DNA of 64,000 nt from Chiloscyllium plagiosum (lineage: Eukaryota): assembly GCF_004010195.1 (NCBI RefSeq), contig NC_057719.1, forward strand, positions 8,054,190 to 8,118,189. The letters run 5' to 3'. Made by a program: the position numbers and the translations under genes. The notes beneath the pieces are model-generated. The model had not been told where the DNA came from and searched no databases. It saw only the letters and a list, made by a program, of their open reading frames with translations. Positions 61,834-64,000 of this stretch are shown here, in pieces; positions within the stretch are counted from its first letter, which is position 1, and each line of letters begins with the position of its first letter.

Positions 61834-63334
61834 CACTTTAACATTGCCTATTTAAATTTGAACAGAGAAGAAAAGGAGGCAAAATAACATTGCAATTGGA
61901 AAGAAAGTGCATTGTGGATGCCTTTCAGGAGCTAAGGGAATAGAACCCTGAAATAAAATATTGTGTCTGTTGGAGCTTACAGCTGAAATCTTGTTAAAGC
62001 AATAAAATACCTAACTAAAATAGAATTTGAACTAGATGTTTAAAAATGAAGATTAAAGTGCAGTACAATATGGTGAGCCATGTACCTTTGTCACTCTGTT
62101 TCCCTTCTCCCCGCCTTCTAGGCACTTTGCCCCACCACTCCACTTCTGCATTCTGTCTTACATCCCTTCTCACTCTTCCTCTATTCAAACCCAAACATTC
62201 AATTGAACTTTAATGCACTGTTACTGGACTCTGATCCAATTCCATTAAGTAATGGGGCTCTCAGGTGATTGAAATTCCTGCAGATAATTTAGTTTTTAAG
62301 TGGAAAAAATACACTGGTTTATTCTGTTGTGGTTCTGTTCGCCGAGCTACAAATCTTCTCACAAACTTTGAACTGGTTTATTCTACAAATCAGTGAGAAA
62401 AATATAGAGCCTGCTGCAATGTGGCAGTATTTTATAATAGACCATGTCCAGAAATATATTTTCAAGAATTCCACACTTGTGCTAATTCAGCAGTTTAACT
62501 ATATTAAAGATAACTGTGATAAACTGTGAAATGCTGATTTCGTTCCCAGAAATTTACAACCCAGGATAAATTGAGGAGAAAAGTACAATGGAATGCTGAA
62601 AATCCGTAAATGGAAATACCATGTAAGAATATAGTAGATAGGGGCAGAAATACGCTATTTGACTCTTCAAACTTACTTTGCTTTCAAACAGATTGTAATC
62701 AATTGTCTACCTCTGCACCCATTTTCCCCGCTACCACCAAATGTCTTTATTATCGGCAAAATCTATCAATTTCTATCTTGAACATGCTCAGTGATTAAGC
62801 TTCCACAGCCCTCAGAGGTGTTAGCATGGATAGAAAATCAGCTGACACAAATCAGAGAGCATGCCAAAATGGGTCTTTGTTTGATTGGCAGGTTTTGACG
62901 AGTGGAGTCCTGCAGGGATCTCTGCTTGGACCTCAAACTTAAATGAACGGGAAGCGTGAAATGAAGGCTGCGATAATTCCAGAGGCTCATAGTCTGGTGT
63001 CTCATGAGAGATAGAGAAAGATGGCTAATGATGGGTTTAACTTGAGGATCACCACACCTCAGTCAAGGGGCAAGGTAGAGAAATAGTGTATGAGAATTGA
63101 TCCTGCGCTATTGGTATCACTCTGCATTGAAGAATCACACAGCTGTCCAGCCAGCTGAGCTAACTGACCCCTTGAAAGAGTGAACTGAGGGGAATGAAGG
63201 CTAGGTACTTAAATTTTCAGATTACATGAAATTGGATAGAAATGTATCTTGTAAAAAGGACATAAGGAGGTTGCAGGTGGGTAGGGAGAGTTTGATTAAT
63301 TGGGTAGAAACCTGGCAAATATAATATTGTTATG

Positions 63335-63445
63335 AAGAAAAACAGAAGCTATTGGAAAAGCTCAGCAGGTCTGGCAGCATCTGCGCACTGTGCAGAGAAA
63401 TCAGAGTTAACATTTCATGTCCAGTGACCCTTCCTCAGAACAGCA
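63335..63445 (-). mobile_element. PLE-terminus unit with a hammerhead-like core
   Basis: Reverse complement GTT-CTGAGGA-A-gggtc-actg-gacat-GAAA-tgtt-AAC. Confidence 0.65.
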
Positions 63446-63738
63446 TCGGCAGTTCCTTCAGTTATTAGTTAGCATTGTTATGATCCTTGCTAATGTTAAT
63501 GCTAACAAGTCAAGTTACAGAGTGAAACCAAGCTTGATAAATTATCAGTTTAATCTTTCCATTTGGTTACCGGGGTGGTTGTTCCCTAGAAATATTCACG
63601 GCAGGCTGTCAGTGTTCTTTATCCAATGAACACAAGTGTATTATCTAAAAGCTTTGTACACATATGTCACTTTAGAAAGATCTTAACAAACTGTCAATGG
63701 TGCTATTTTCTGGGTCTGTAGACTTTGAAGGAGCAAAA

Positions 63739-64000
63739 ATGGCTTTTAGTAGAGTGATGTGCTCTTCCTGTCGGATGTGGGAGTTTAGGGAGAGTTTCCA
63801 TGTTACTGATGCAGGAAGTGTCCTTTGTTGTGAATCATGTCAGTTTACATGGATCGGTTGGAGTGGCAGTTAGAGGGAATAAGGAATTTACCAAGAGCTA
63901 GGGGGTGTGATGGATGGCAGTTATAGAAAGGGAGAAAAGCCGCATATACAATCAGGTAGATAGGTTAACTCTTGGAAAGGTAGGAGGGGCAGGTAGGTTG
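63739..64000 (+). mobile_element. Start of a CR1 ORF1 (Cys-rich N-terminus), degenerate, runs off the window
   Basis: MAFSRVMCSSCRMWEFRESFHVTD.., resembling the CxxC.MWE start of vertebrate CR1 ORF1. Confidence 0.6.

Overview
Eukaryotic, repeat-dense non-coding DNA. The repeat content (HE1-type V-SINEs, Deu-domain SINEs, many CR1 LINEs) points to a cartilaginous fish, most likely a shark; this is inference. No intact protein-coding gene, rRNA, genuine tRNA or CRISPR array is supported, and the long ORFs in the track are broken transposon ORFs or their antisense shadows. Recognisable content: at least 15 CR1 LINE fragments, three GIY-YIG Penelope-like element (PLE) bodies plus a PLE remnant, a Rex1/Babar LINE, fossil Harbinger and probable hAT transposases, a probable solo LTR and several SINE families. 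A few isolated splice-flanked segments (best 58041-58102 and 30594-30644) may be exons of an unidentified large-intron gene. The most notable signal is a recurring minimal hammerhead-ribozyme motif (CTGAnGA-A-stem II-GAAA-palindrome-UH) whose stems covary between PLE families. It is carried by many 100-200 bp PLE-terminus units, often fold-back, several with 10-16 bp target-site duplications (TSDs). There are also several local rearrangements, including a near-identical ~120 bp inverted duplication and a CR1-derived palindrome. Repeat boundaries were read by eye and are approximate unless a TSD is quoted.
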